Positions 40,584 through 49,985 of a DNA stretch of 64,000 nt are shown piece by piece; the stretch's first letter is position 1, and every line of letters begins with the position of its first letter. The notes beneath the pieces were generated by a model. That model searched no databases. It was not told the DNA's origin and worked only from the letters and a program-made list of their open reading frames with translations. Origin of the DNA: an uncultured Gemmatimonadota bacterium (GTDB taxonomy: Bacteria > JAAXHH01); contig OX638340.1 in the NCBI GenBank assembly GCA_951812955.1, positions 928,001 through 992,000 of the forward strand. The letters are read 5' to 3'. The position numbers and the translations under genes are program-made.

Positions 40584-41177
40584 ATGTCCCGTCTTTCCAA
40601 ACATCCGCTAGCACTATTCATCCGAGTCATGCTAAAAAGCCCGACGAGCGTGTGTGCCGTGGCGCCGAGTTCGCGGACGCTCGCCCGGGCGATGGCGAAA
40701 GGGCTGACGATCGGTGACGACGAGTCCGTCGTGGAGCTGGGGCCCGGTACGGGCGCTATCACGGACCAGATCCGCCACATTTTGCCCCATGACGGCGGAT
40801 ACCTGGGCATCGAAATCGAGCCGCGGTTCGTCGACCTGCTGCGGAAACGATATCCCGGTCTTCGATTTGAACAGAACACTGTAGCGAAGGCCTTCCAGCT
40901 GCACGCGAACACGGGAACCCCTCCGGTCAGGGCCGTGATCTCCGGGCTGCCGATCTCGACCATGCCGGTCCAGGTCATTGACGAAATCATCGCGAATCTC
41001 GACCGGCTTATGAAACCCGGTACTGTTTTCCGCATGTTCCAGTATATACACGCCTACTACCTTCCAGCGTCGATTCAGTTCAGACGGCGGATGGCGCCGT
41101 TCTTCTCCTGTTACCGGGTTGAATCAGTTGTCCTCAAGAACCTGCCTCCGGCCCTCGTGATTACCTGGACGCGCTAG
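40584..41177 (+). CDS. Class I SAM-dependent methyltransferase
   Basis: VVELGPGTGAIT SAM-binding motif I. Confidence 0.55.
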   Translation: MSRLSKHPLALFIRVMLKSPTSVCAVAPSSRTLARAMAKGLTIGDDESVVELGPGTGAITDQIRHILPHDGGYLGIEIEPRFVDLLRKRYPGLRFEQNTVAKAFQLHANTGTPPVRAVISGLPISTMPVQVIDEIIANLDRLMKPGTVFRMFQYIHAYYLPASIQFRRRMAPFFSCYRVESVVLKNLPPALVITWTR

Positions 41178-41382
41178 CGCTCCGCGACGCGTGTCTGCCG
41201 GAATTTTAAAGTATTTCAGGTGTTCGGTTGTAATATATGAAGATTCCCGACGATCAACGGCGGGGAAACGGGGGCCCGTCGCGCCGGCCAGGCGTCTACC
41301 TGACGCCGGTCCTGACTGAATGGCAGTACGTCGAACTCCCTTCGTTCCAATTTGCCCAAGCCAGGAAAGAACATAGGTTTTC

Positions 41383-44082
41383 ATGCGTCTGAAACCCCTC
41401 GCCTTTTCCGTTCTCACCGTGATTTCCATATCCACGTTGACATTTGATACCGTGACGGCCCAGTCCGAAAGTGACGAACCCGCCCTGCCCGCAATGGAGG
41501 CGGCGGAGCGCACCGGGCACATCGAGATCGACGGAAGGCTGGATGAAGCGGCCTGGACGGCGGCCATTCCGGCTACACAGTTCGTCCAGCGGGAGCCGGT
41601 CGAAGGGGCCAATCCCGACAAGGCCACCGAAGTACGGGTGCTCTACGACGCCGACGCCATCTACATCGGCGCGCGGATGTTCGACGATCATCCGGAGCAT
41701 ATCGGCCGGCAACTCGTCCGGCGAGACGAGCGCGGCGCTTTCGACCTGTTCTCCGTTTCCATCGATCCGAACAACGACAGGCTTACCGGGTATCAGTTCC
41801 GCGTCAGTGCTGCAGGGGCGCAGCGGGACGCGTACCTGTATGACGACGTGCGGCAGGACGATGCGTGGGACGCCGTATGGGAATCGGGCGTGGTGATCGA
41901 CGAACTGGGCTGGGCCGCCGAGATGCGGATTCCCCTTTCCCAGATGCGATACGAGACGACGGACGGCGCCCAGTCCTGGGGCGTGAACTTCATGCGGCGG
42001 TGCCTTGCCACGAACGAGGTCATCGACTTCGCTCTCCAGTCCCGGCTGCGGTATGGGAGGGTGAGCGTCCTGGGCAGGCTGAACGGACTGGTCTTGCCGT
42101 CGGACGCCCGCCGCCTGGAGGTCAGGCCCTATACCCTCGGCAGCGCCCGGACCGCGCAGGCCGAACAGGGGAATCCCTTCTTCGACGGATCCGATTACAA
42201 TGCACGGGCGGGCCTTGACGTACGGTACGGCCTCGGTTCGTCCTACCACCTCGACATGACGATCAATCCCGACTTCGGGCAGGTGGAAGTAGATCCGGCC
42301 GTCGTAAATCTCTCGGCCTTTGAAACGTTTTTCCGGGAACAACGCCCCTTTTTCGTCGAGGATGCCCAGGTTTTCGAATTCGGCCTGTCGGGCCGGGACG
42401 AACTGTATTACAGCCGACGGATCGGGCGGCAACCCCGGGGCGGCACGCCGGACGACGCGGATTTCTCCGATATTCCCACGGAGACTAGCATTCTCGGCGC
42501 CGCCAAGATCACCGGCCGATCGCAGGGTGGCGTTTCCATCGGTGCCCTGGCCGCGGTTACGGGAAGGGAAACGGGGAAGGCCTATTCCCTGGTTGACAGG
42601 CGAACAGAGGAGTTCACGGTGGAACCCCGGGCGGGATTCAGTGTCTTCCGGATCCGCCGGGATTTCAGGAACGGCGCCAGCCAGTTCGGGGCAGTGGGCT
42701 CGCTAATGCACCGGGCCCTGCCCGATGACGGCGCCTTCGATTATCTCACATCGGGGGCCTTTACCGGAGGAGTGGACTTCGAACACAACTGGGGGGGAGC
42801 GAGAGAGAGAGACTGGGCAGTCTACGGGTACCTGGCGGGTAGCCGCGTCCAGGGAAGCACGGAAGCGCTGACCCGGCTGCAGCGGGCCAGCAACCACTAC
42901 TTCCAGCGTCCGGACGCCACGCGTTTCGCCGTGGATTCAACCGCCACGTCCATGAACGGGTACAATTGGCGGTTGCAGTTCGCCAGGCGAGACTCGCAGA
43001 ACTGGTCCGGAGCGGTCTGGTTCGCCCAGATTTCGCCCGGGTTCGAAGTCAACGACCTGGGATTCTCCCGATCGAACGAACGCCTCGACGGCGGCGCGCG
43101 GATCGAATACCAGAACATCACGCCGGGACGGTTCTTCCGCAACTATGAGTTCCGTTTCTTCACGTTCTACAACTTCCGGCACGAGGCCCTCGACGACCCG
43201 TGGTCCTGGTCGTCCTGGCGGAACAACTATAAGAACGGACGTTTCTTCGCGGGGGGCAATTTCGAACTCAACAACTACTGGGAGGTCTTTCTCGGCTCCA
43301 GTTACAGCCCCACCCAGTTCAGCGATACGCGGACCCGGGGCGGTCCGGTGATGGAGGATCCCGGATCCTATTCCTTCGATCTCGGCATCAGGTCGGACCG
43401 GAGGAAACGGATCTCCCTGGAGACGGAATTCGACTACGAGCGATTCCAGCGGGGTGGCCACGAGTTTGAAACGGAAATCGAAGCCACGATTCGTCCGTCT
43501 CCCAACTGGGAACTGGAACTTGCGCCAAATTTCAGCTGGGAGCGCAACGCCGCCCAGTACGTTACGCAGACCGACGCCCTGGCCTTCGAGCCCACCTACG
43601 GCAGCCGGTACGTGTTTTCGGACCTGCAGAGGCGGTCCTTTTCCCTCGAAACCCGTTTGAACGTGGCCTTTTCGCCCGATTTGACCCTGCAGCTGTACGC
43701 CCAGCCCCTGCTGTCCTCGGGCGATTACCTCAACTACAAGCAATTGCTCCGTGGCAACAGTTTCGATTTCGACGTGCTGGACGAGGGTACGCGGTCCTTC
43801 ATCGATCCGGTCGACGGTTACCGTTACCTGGACTTCAACGGGGACGGTATGCCCGATATCAATTTCTCGGACCGGGACTTCAACATCCAGTCTCTGCGCA
43901 TGAACATCGTGCTGCGCTGGGAATACCGGCCCGGTTCCCGGGTATTCCTCGTCTGGCAGCAGACCCGCAGCGAAAGGGACGAAAACGGGACGCTTGACAT
44001 CGGCAGAGACTTCGGCAACCTGTTCGGCGGGGAATCGGAGAACATCTTCATCGTCAAGTTCAACTACTGGTTCGGCGTGTGA
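41383..44082 (+). CDS. Large secreted DUF5916-type protein with an N-terminal CBM9-like domain; probable outer-membrane beta-barrel
   Basis: Signal peptide, N-terminal CBM9-like region, and a C-terminal Y/F/W/N/R-rich alternating beta-strand composition ending in an aromatic residue. Confidence 0.55.
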   Translation: MRLKPLAFSVLTVISISTLTFDTVTAQSESDEPALPAMEAAERTGHIEIDGRLDEAAWTAAIPATQFVQREPVEGANPDKATEVRVLYDADAIYIGARMFDDHPEHIGRQLVRRDERGAFDLFSVSIDPNNDRLTGYQFRVSAAGAQRDAYLYDDVRQDDAWDAVWESGVVIDELGWAAEMRIPLSQMRYETTDGAQSWGVNFMRRCLATNEVIDFALQSRLRYGRVSVLGRLNGLVLPSDARRLEVRPYTLGSARTAQAEQGNPFFDGSDYNARAGLDVRYGLGSSYHLDMTINPDFGQVEVDPAVVNLSAFETFFREQRPFFVEDAQVFEFGLSGRDELYYSRRIGRQPRGGTPDDADFSDIPTETSILGAAKITGRSQGGVSIGALAAVTGRETGKAYSLVDRRTEEFTVEPRAGFSVFRIRRDFRNGASQFGAVGSLMHRALPDDGAFDYLTSGAFTGGVDFEHNWGGARERDWAVYGYLAGSRVQGSTEALTRLQRASNHYFQRPDATRFAVDSTATSMNGYNWRLQFARRDSQNWSGAVWFAQISPGFEVNDLGFSRSNERLDGGARIEYQNITPGRFFRNYEFRFFTFYNFRHEALDDPWSWSSWRNNYKNGRFFAGGNFELNNYWEVFLGSSYSPTQFSDTRTRGGPVMEDPGSYSFDLGIRSDRRKRISLETEFDYERFQRGGHEFETEIEATIRPSPNWELELAPNFSWERNAAQYVTQTDALAFEPTYGSRYVFSDLQRRSFSLETRLNVAFSPDLTLQLYAQPLLSSGDYLNYKQLLRGNSFDFDVLDEGTRSFIDPVDGYRYLDFNGDGMPDINFSDRDFNIQSLRMNIVLRWEYRPGSRVFLVWQQTRSERDENGTLDIGRDFGNLFGGESENIFIVKFNYWFGV

Positions 44083-44294
44083 CCGCGGGCGGGTTCGGCG
44101 TGTGACCGCGGCTGGACAGCCCCGCGCGGCCTCGATTGCGCCTTGACAGAAAAGGGCCGGGACGCCCATATTGAAATTGTAAAAGTATGCCGGCGCTTAG
44201 GGGTATCCGGTTCGATCCGGCCGGCCGGAATTTCTGTAAGGAAGTAACGGTCAAGTGGCAACGGGACACACCGCCGAAGGACATAGACCCTATC

Positions 44295-46535
44295 ATGAAA
44301 ATCATGAAACCGATTCTAAAATCCATTCTGTTGCTCATAACTATGTGCGCATTCGGCCTTGCGACCCGGTCCGTCCAGGGACAGGCGGTTCGCACCGATT
44401 ACATGGAAACGGAACTGGTCGTGGAGACGACGTCCATCAAGCCCGGGCAGCCTTTCTGGGCCGGCCTGCGGATGAAGATGGACGAGCACTGGCATACGTA
44501 TTGGCGCAACCCGGCCGATTCGGGTCTTCCTACCGAGATTGACTGGGCGCTTCCCGATGGTTTCCAGGCTGGAGAGATCAACTGGCCCTATCCCCAGAAG
44601 ATTGTGCTCGACATCCTGGCCAGCTACGGGTACGAGGGCGAGACGCTGCTGCTCGTGGAGATCACACCCCCGGCGGATCTGGAGACCGGCGGCACGGCCG
44701 ACATTGGGGCCTTCGCCTCCTGGCTGGTCTGCGCGGATATCTGCCTACCGGGAGAATCGGGATACCAGGTAACGCTCCCCGTAACCGATGAGGCGCCTCA
44801 GGCCGACGAAAGATGGACGGATCTGTTTACCCGCACCCGGGAGCAGCTTGCGGTCCCGGTACCGGGGTGGCAGGTCGAGGCCGTCATATCCGATTCCACC
44901 GTGGCGTTGCACGCGTCCACGCCCGAGTGGTACCGCGGATCGCTTACCCGCGTCGAATTCTATCCGTACAACGAAGACCTGATCGACTACGTATCGCCCC
45001 AGAGACTGGAGAAGACCGAAACCGGGTACCTGTTGACTATGCGCCGGTCGGGCTTCTACACTGGCAGGCCCGATGAAATCACGGGCGTGCTGGTATCCGC
45101 GGAAGGATGGCGCGGCGCCGGATCGGAGCGTGCCCTGGCCGTTGCCGCAGTCTACGCGGATGAGCTTCCGGCGGCGGTCGCCGCCATCGGACCGGCGGTT
45201 GCGGGTGAAACGGCGGGCGCCCTTGCGCCGGTCTCCGGCGATCTGGTTGCCGGCCTGTGGCAGGCCCTGCTTTTCGCCCTCATCGGCGGCCTGATTCTCA
45301 ACCTGATGCCCTGCGTGCTCCCCGTGCTGTCCATCAAGGTCCTCGGATTCATACACCAGGCGGGCGACGATCCTGCCAAGGCCCGGCGGCACGGATTGGT
45401 ATTTACCGCGGGCGTCCTGATTTCCTTTCTCGCGCTGGCGGCGGTGCTGATTGCCCTGCGTGCCGGGGGAGAACAATTGGGCTGGGGATTCCAGCTTCAG
45501 TCGCCGGCCTTTCTCGTCATCCTGTCGGTCATCATATTCGTGTTCGGCCTCAGTCTATTCGGCGTCTTCGAAATCGGTACGTCCCTTGTCGGCCTTGGCG
45601 GCAGGGCTGATTCGGGCAGCGGACTCGGTGGCTCCTTCATGAGCGGCGTCCTGGCCACGGTCGTGGCCACGCCGTGCACCGCGCCTTTCATGGGCGTGGC
45701 CCTGGGATACGCATTGACGCAATCGGCGGCGCAATCGCTGGCGATCTTCGGATTCCTGGGCCTGGGCATGGCCCTGCCCTACCTGACCCTGTCTTCCGTG
45801 CCCGCCCTGCTGAAATATGTACCAAAACCTGGCGCCTGGATGGAGTCGTTCAAGCAGTTCATGGGATTCCTGATGATGGCCACCGTGGTCTGGCTGCTCT
45901 GGGTGCTGAACCTTCAGACGGACCCAAACCTCGTCGCCCTCGTGATGGTCCTGCTGGTGATGGTGAGCCTGGGAAGCTGGATACTCGGCCGCTGGGGAGG
46001 GATCTCCGCCGGAAGCAGGACCCGGATCGCGGCCAGGTCCGTCGCAACGGTAATCGTTTTCGCGAGCCTCGCGGCGGTATTGAGCCAGGTACCCGCCCCG
46101 GCCAAGGCCGAGCGGGCCGCGATGACGCCGGTGAACAGCGCGGGGCTGGAGTGGCAACCCTTCTCCCGGCAACTTGTACAGGATCTGCGTGCAACGGGCA
46201 AACCGGTGTTCGTGGACTTCACCGCTGCCTGGTGCCTTAGTTGCCAGGTGAACAAGCGCGTAGCACTGAATGACAGCCGCGTGGTGGAACGGTTCGAGAC
46301 GCTGGGTGTGGCGACTGTCCAGGCCGACTGGACGTCACGGGACCCCGAGATCACGCGGGCACTCGCCGAATTCGGACGCAACAGCGTCCCGCTGTACGTG
46401 CTGTACTCGGGCGGACCCGATTCCGAACCGGCAATTCTACCGGAACTGCTCACGCCCGGTCTGGTGCTGGACGCCCTGAAGCAGGCCGAAACAGGTAGTG
46501 CCGCGAGCGGACGGACTGTCGGCATGATCGATTGA
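44295..46535 (+). CDS. dsbD: Thiol:disulfide interchange protein DsbD
   Basis: Signal peptide plus DsbD-alpha-like region, a central CcdA/DsbD TM core (LNLMPCVLPVLS) and a C-terminal thioredoxin domain with a WCLSC active site. Confidence 0.8.
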   Translation: MKIMKPILKSILLLITMCAFGLATRSVQGQAVRTDYMETELVVETTSIKPGQPFWAGLRMKMDEHWHTYWRNPADSGLPTEIDWALPDGFQAGEINWPYPQKIVLDILASYGYEGETLLLVEITPPADLETGGTADIGAFASWLVCADICLPGESGYQVTLPVTDEAPQADERWTDLFTRTREQLAVPVPGWQVEAVISDSTVALHASTPEWYRGSLTRVEFYPYNEDLIDYVSPQRLEKTETGYLLTMRRSGFYTGRPDEITGVLVSAEGWRGAGSERALAVAAVYADELPAAVAAIGPAVAGETAGALAPVSGDLVAGLWQALLFALIGGLILNLMPCVLPVLSIKVLGFIHQAGDDPAKARRHGLVFTAGVLISFLALAAVLIALRAGGEQLGWGFQLQSPAFLVILSVIIFVFGLSLFGVFEIGTSLVGLGGRADSGSGLGGSFMSGVLATVVATPCTAPFMGVALGYALTQSAAQSLAIFGFLGLGMALPYLTLSSVPALLKYVPKPGAWMESFKQFMGFLMMATVVWLLWVLNLQTDPNLVALVMVLLVMVSLGSWILGRWGGISAGSRTRIAARSVATVIVFASLAAVLSQVPAPAKAERAAMTPVNSAGLEWQPFSRQLVQDLRATGKPVFVDFTAAWCLSCQVNKRVALNDSRVVERFETLGVATVQADWTSRDPEITRALAEFGRNSVPLYVLYSGGPDSEPAILPELLTPGLVLDALKQAETGSAASGRTVGMID

Positions 46536-46560
46536 CAGCGAAATTCAATCGACTTTTTTA
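46528..46560 (+). terminator. Rho-independent terminator: 8-bp stem (tcgattga / tcaatcga) overlapping the dsbD stop, followed by a T-run
   Basis: Read from the sequence. Confidence 0.55.
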
Positions 46561-46602
46561 ACGCAGTTGTAGATTCTCTATCCAAAGCCAAGGAGGAAAT
46601 CC

Positions 46603-47229
46603 ATGAAGAAGATCCTGATACCGATAGCCGTGGTGGCCGTTGCCGCCGCCTATTTACTCGGCAACTACGGTACGCCGATGGCCGCAGGGGAAGCCCAGGT
46701 GGGCAACCCGGCGCCGGATTTCACGCTGATGGACACCAACGGCAACAACGTGGCGCTTTCGGATTACAGCGGCAAGTACATAGTCCTGGAGTGGATCAAC
46801 TACGACTGTCCCTTCGTGGCCAAGCACTACAACGCCAAGAATATGCAGAGTCTGCAGGACAAGTACCGCGAGCAGGGCGTGGTCTGGCTGGCCATCAACT
46901 CGTCCGCCGAGGGCAAGCAGGGCCAGTTCTCGAACGATGAAATCCACACGCGCCTGAAGAAGCACGCGTCGACCGTGGATGCCTACCTGCTCGATGGCAA
47001 TGGCGAGGTCGGCAGAAAGTACGGCGCCACCCATACGCCACACATGTACATCATCAACCCCGAAGGCACGCTGGTCTACATGGGCGCCATCGACAGCATC
47101 AACTCGGCGAACGTCGCGGATATCCCCAAGGCCGACAATTACGTCGTGATGGCCTTCGACGCGATTTTTGCCGGCAATGATGTGCCGGTCGGGATGACCC
47201 GGGCGTACGGCTGCACGGTGAAGTACTAG
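46603..47229 (+). CDS. Secreted thioredoxin-fold redoxin family protein (TlpA/AhpC-like, single Cys)
   Basis: Signal peptide and a redoxin-like core (YIVLEWINYDCPFV). It sits adjacent to dsbD. Confidence 0.6.
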   Translation: MKKILIPIAVVAVAAAYLLGNYGTPMAAGEAQVGNPAPDFTLMDTNGNNVALSDYSGKYIVLEWINYDCPFVAKHYNAKNMQSLQDKYREQGVVWLAINSSAEGKQGQFSNDEIHTRLKKHASTVDAYLLDGNGEVGRKYGATHTPHMYIINPEGTLVYMGAIDSINSANVADIPKADNYVVMAFDAIFAGNDVPVGMTRAYGCTVKY

Positions 47230-47469
47230 AGGGATTGAGTCCGGGGGAGGCCACAACGCGCGCGCGAAGTGCTCCCCCGGACCGTTGCAGGATATGATCC
47301 GTATGGCCAAAGATTATGTAAGTATGCTGTACGACCTCGCACGCCCATAATCACGTAAAACAATGATTGTTTACGAGATTATCCCGGTTTCTCCGACTAT
47401 ACATTTCAACATGCACTTCACTTCCGGTTTCGCCGCGGCGCAGGTATGTATGGTTGAGGGTCCTCGATT

Positions 47470-47790
47470 ATGGAACTCGCCCACCTGTTGTTAACGCCGG
47501 CCACGCTATTGACGGCCTTCATCTTCTTCTGGAATCAGGCAAAGACCGGAAGGGACGAACTCCGGCGGGAACTCAATACGGATATCGGGGAATTTAAAGA
47601 GGAATTGAAGGAGGAAATCATGGCCTTTCGCCGGGAAGTCGCCGCGGTCCGCGACGAAATGAAGGCCGAGATGAGGGAGGAAATCTCCCCCCTGCGGACG
47701 GAAGTGGCCGCCATCCGTACGGAAATGCACGACATGAATGGTCGCCTCGGACGTGTCGAAGGTCTGCTCAGAACGTCGGACGCCGGCTGA
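47470..47790 (+). CDS. Small membrane-anchored coiled-coil protein of unknown function
   Basis: One N-terminal TM helix then a charged heptad-like region (EFKEELKEEIMAFRREVAAVRDEMKAEMREEI). Its stop lies within a 2x 20-bp tandem duplication. Lower-GC context. Confidence 0.4.
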   Translation: MELAHLLLTPATLLTAFIFFWNQAKTGRDELRRELNTDIGEFKEELKEEIMAFRREVAAVRDEMKAEMREEISPLRTEVAAIRTEMHDMNGRLGRVEGLLRTSDAG

Positions 47791-47813
47791 TTTCATCGGA
47801 CGTCGGCTGATTT
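47776..47813 (+). repeat. Tandem duplication (period 20) of the stop-containing 3' end of the small protein: tcggacg(c/t)cggctgattt x2
   Basis: Read from the sequence. Confidence 0.85.
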
Positions 47814-47975
47814 AAGCGGGCGGTCCGGGTAGTACGCGCGGTCCGGGCTGTCCAGGCGGTCCGTGTAAACCTCTCCTGCGGTTCGTTCGTCGTGCGCCAG
47901 TTTACCTTCCATCCTGCTCCTGTCAGACAGAACGTCCGCAATCATACGATTCTTCATCTGTCGTATACGTAGTCT

Positions 47976-48003
47976 TTGACTAAGTCCCTCCGTTTTCTAT
48001 ATT
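47976..48003 (+). promoter_or_regulatory. Near-consensus sigma70 promoter: TTGACT, 16-nt spacer, TATATT, upstream of the tandem PhyH genes
   Basis: Read from the sequence in an AT-rich intergenic region. Confidence 0.45.
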
Positions 48004-48039
48004 CCTAAACAAGATATCTACTCATCCAGCAACGCCGGA

Positions 48040-48990
48040 ATGGGCTGTTTCCGTTTTGAGGCGACTGGATACCCGGTTTATTACGCAATGCGCCTGGAGA
48101 CCGCCATGGCCATGTTCGGCGACCCTGAAGCGTTCGTCATGATGAGCGAACGCGAGAAGTATCTCTACGATCTCCAGGGGTTCCTCGTGGTGCGCGACCT
48201 GCTTTCCACCGATGAGGTCCGGGCACTGAACGATGCCCTGGACGCCAATCCGGACCGGACCGCCGAACACGGACCGGGCGGCGCGCTGGACGGCACGCCA
48301 CTGGCCGGACCATATTCGCAATACATCCACTACGAGGGCATGCTGACCTGGGACCGGCCCTGGTGCCAGCCCTTCCGCGAACTCCTCGCCCACCCGAAGC
48401 TGATCCCCTATCTCAACACCATGATGGGACGAGGCTGGAAACTGGATCACAATATCGACGTGCTCACTTCGAAACCGGGCGCCCAGGGTACGCCCTTCCA
48501 TGGCAACAGCACGGGTACGTTCGCCGGTTCGACCTATTACACGTACGACGACGGCCGGATGCGCAGCGGCCTGATCGTCTGCCAGTTCTACCTGACCGAC
48601 GTGAATCCGGGAGATGGCGGGCTCACCGTGATTCCCGGCAGTCACAAGGCCAATTTTCCCATGCCGGGATACGTCCGCAATTACGAGGACCACCAGGAGA
48701 TCTTCCATCATATCGCCGTCAAGGCCGGCGACCTGGTCATCTTCAACGAGGCGACGACGCACGGTGCCTTGCCGTGGAAGGGAGTGGGCGAGCGCCGCTG
48801 CGTGCTCCACCGGTACATCCCGAAATACATGCACTACGATGGCGGAGTCTACGAAACGCGCATGCCCGAATGGACGCATGAGCTCACCGATGCCCAGCGG
48901 GCCGTGCTGGAACCACCGTACATCTACAACCGCCCCCTGATCGAGGACGACGGCGAATCGATCGCGCGTCCCCGCAGGGAAGGCATCTGA
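48040..48990 (+). CDS. PhyH family Fe(II)/2OG dioxygenase, tandem paralog 1; the true start is possibly at 48103 or 48139
   Basis: Roughly 60% identical to the next gene (YLYDLQGF, WDRPWC, NPGDGGL, VIPGSHK, FNEATTHG motifs). Confidence 0.75.
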   Translation: MGCFRFEATGYPVYYAMRLETAMAMFGDPEAFVMMSEREKYLYDLQGFLVVRDLLSTDEVRALNDALDANPDRTAEHGPGGALDGTPLAGPYSQYIHYEGMLTWDRPWCQPFRELLAHPKLIPYLNTMMGRGWKLDHNIDVLTSKPGAQGTPFHGNSTGTFAGSTYYTYDDGRMRSGLIVCQFYLTDVNPGDGGLTVIPGSHKANFPMPGYVRNYEDHQEIFHHIAVKAGDLVIFNEATTHGALPWKGVGERRCVLHRYIPKYMHYDGGVYETRMPEWTHELTDAQRAVLEPPYIYNRPLIEDDGESIARPRREGI

Positions 48991-49042
48991 ATCCAACCGG
49001 CACGGGAAGGCCCCGTTCTCCGGCTGCACGGGATCTAAACGC

Positions 49043-49975
49043 GTGTCCGGGCCTACTTCCGACTACCCCGCCGACTACTTGCTACATGCGAAAGTGCAGA
49101 CCGGTATGAACCCGACATCCGAATCCTTCGCCACCATGGCGCCCCATGAGCAGTACCTCTTCGATCTGCAGGGGTTTATCGTGGTGCGCAATGCCCTTGC
49201 GCCCGAACAGGTCGATGCCCTGAACGCGGCGCTGGACGCCAATCACGACAAACGTAAGGAAGACGTGGTCACCCAGACGAGCGAGGCGCTGAAGGGCAAG
49301 CAGTACCGCGGTCTCTACGACGGCATGCTGACGTGGGATCGGCCCTGGTGCCTGCCCTTTCGCGAAGTGCTTGCCAATCCGAAGATCATACCGTACCTGA
49401 ACACGCTGCTGGGCCGGGGGTGGAAGCTGGACCACGATCCGTTCATCTACACATCGAGCGTGGGGACCGAGGGCCTGAACCTCCACGGTTACGGACTGGC
49501 CGAGTTCAACGGTTCCCGGTTCTACCACTACCAGAACGGCGCCATGCGTTGCGGATTGATCAACTGCCAGTACCAGCTGAACGACGTGAACCCTGGCGAC
49601 GGCGGGCTGTGCGTCATCCCGGGCAGCCACAAGGCGAATTTCACCCTGCCCGGCGACATTTCCCGTTACGAAGCCCACCAGGAGATCGTCCGCCACGTGT
49701 CCATGAAAGCGGGCGACCTGGTCATCTTCAACGAGGCGACGACCCACGGGACGCTGCCCTGGAGGGGCGAAGGCGAACGTCGCTCTCTGTTCTACCGGTA
49801 TACCCCCAAGTACATGCATTACACCGGCGGCGTATACGAAACCGGCCTGCCGGAGTGGACGAGAGAGCTTACGGACGCCCAGCGCGCCGTGCTCGAACCG
49901 CCCTATGTCTATCAACGGCCGATGATCGACGACGACGGACAGACGCTGTCGACCCCGCGGCGCGAAGGAGAGTGA
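49043..49975 (+). CDS. PhyH family Fe(II)/2OG dioxygenase, tandem paralog 2; the start is possibly at 49106 or 49136
   Basis: Paralog of the preceding gene with the same motif set. Confidence 0.75.
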   Translation: MSGPTSDYPADYLLHAKVQTGMNPTSESFATMAPHEQYLFDLQGFIVVRNALAPEQVDALNAALDANHDKRKEDVVTQTSEALKGKQYRGLYDGMLTWDRPWCLPFREVLANPKIIPYLNTLLGRGWKLDHDPFIYTSSVGTEGLNLHGYGLAEFNGSRFYHYQNGAMRCGLINCQYQLNDVNPGDGGLCVIPGSHKANFTLPGDISRYEAHQEIVRHVSMKAGDLVIFNEATTHGTLPWRGEGERRSLFYRYTPKYMHYTGGVYETGLPEWTRELTDAQRAVLEPPYVYQRPMIDDDGQTLSTPRREGE

Positions 49976-49985
49976 AGGAAGCCAA

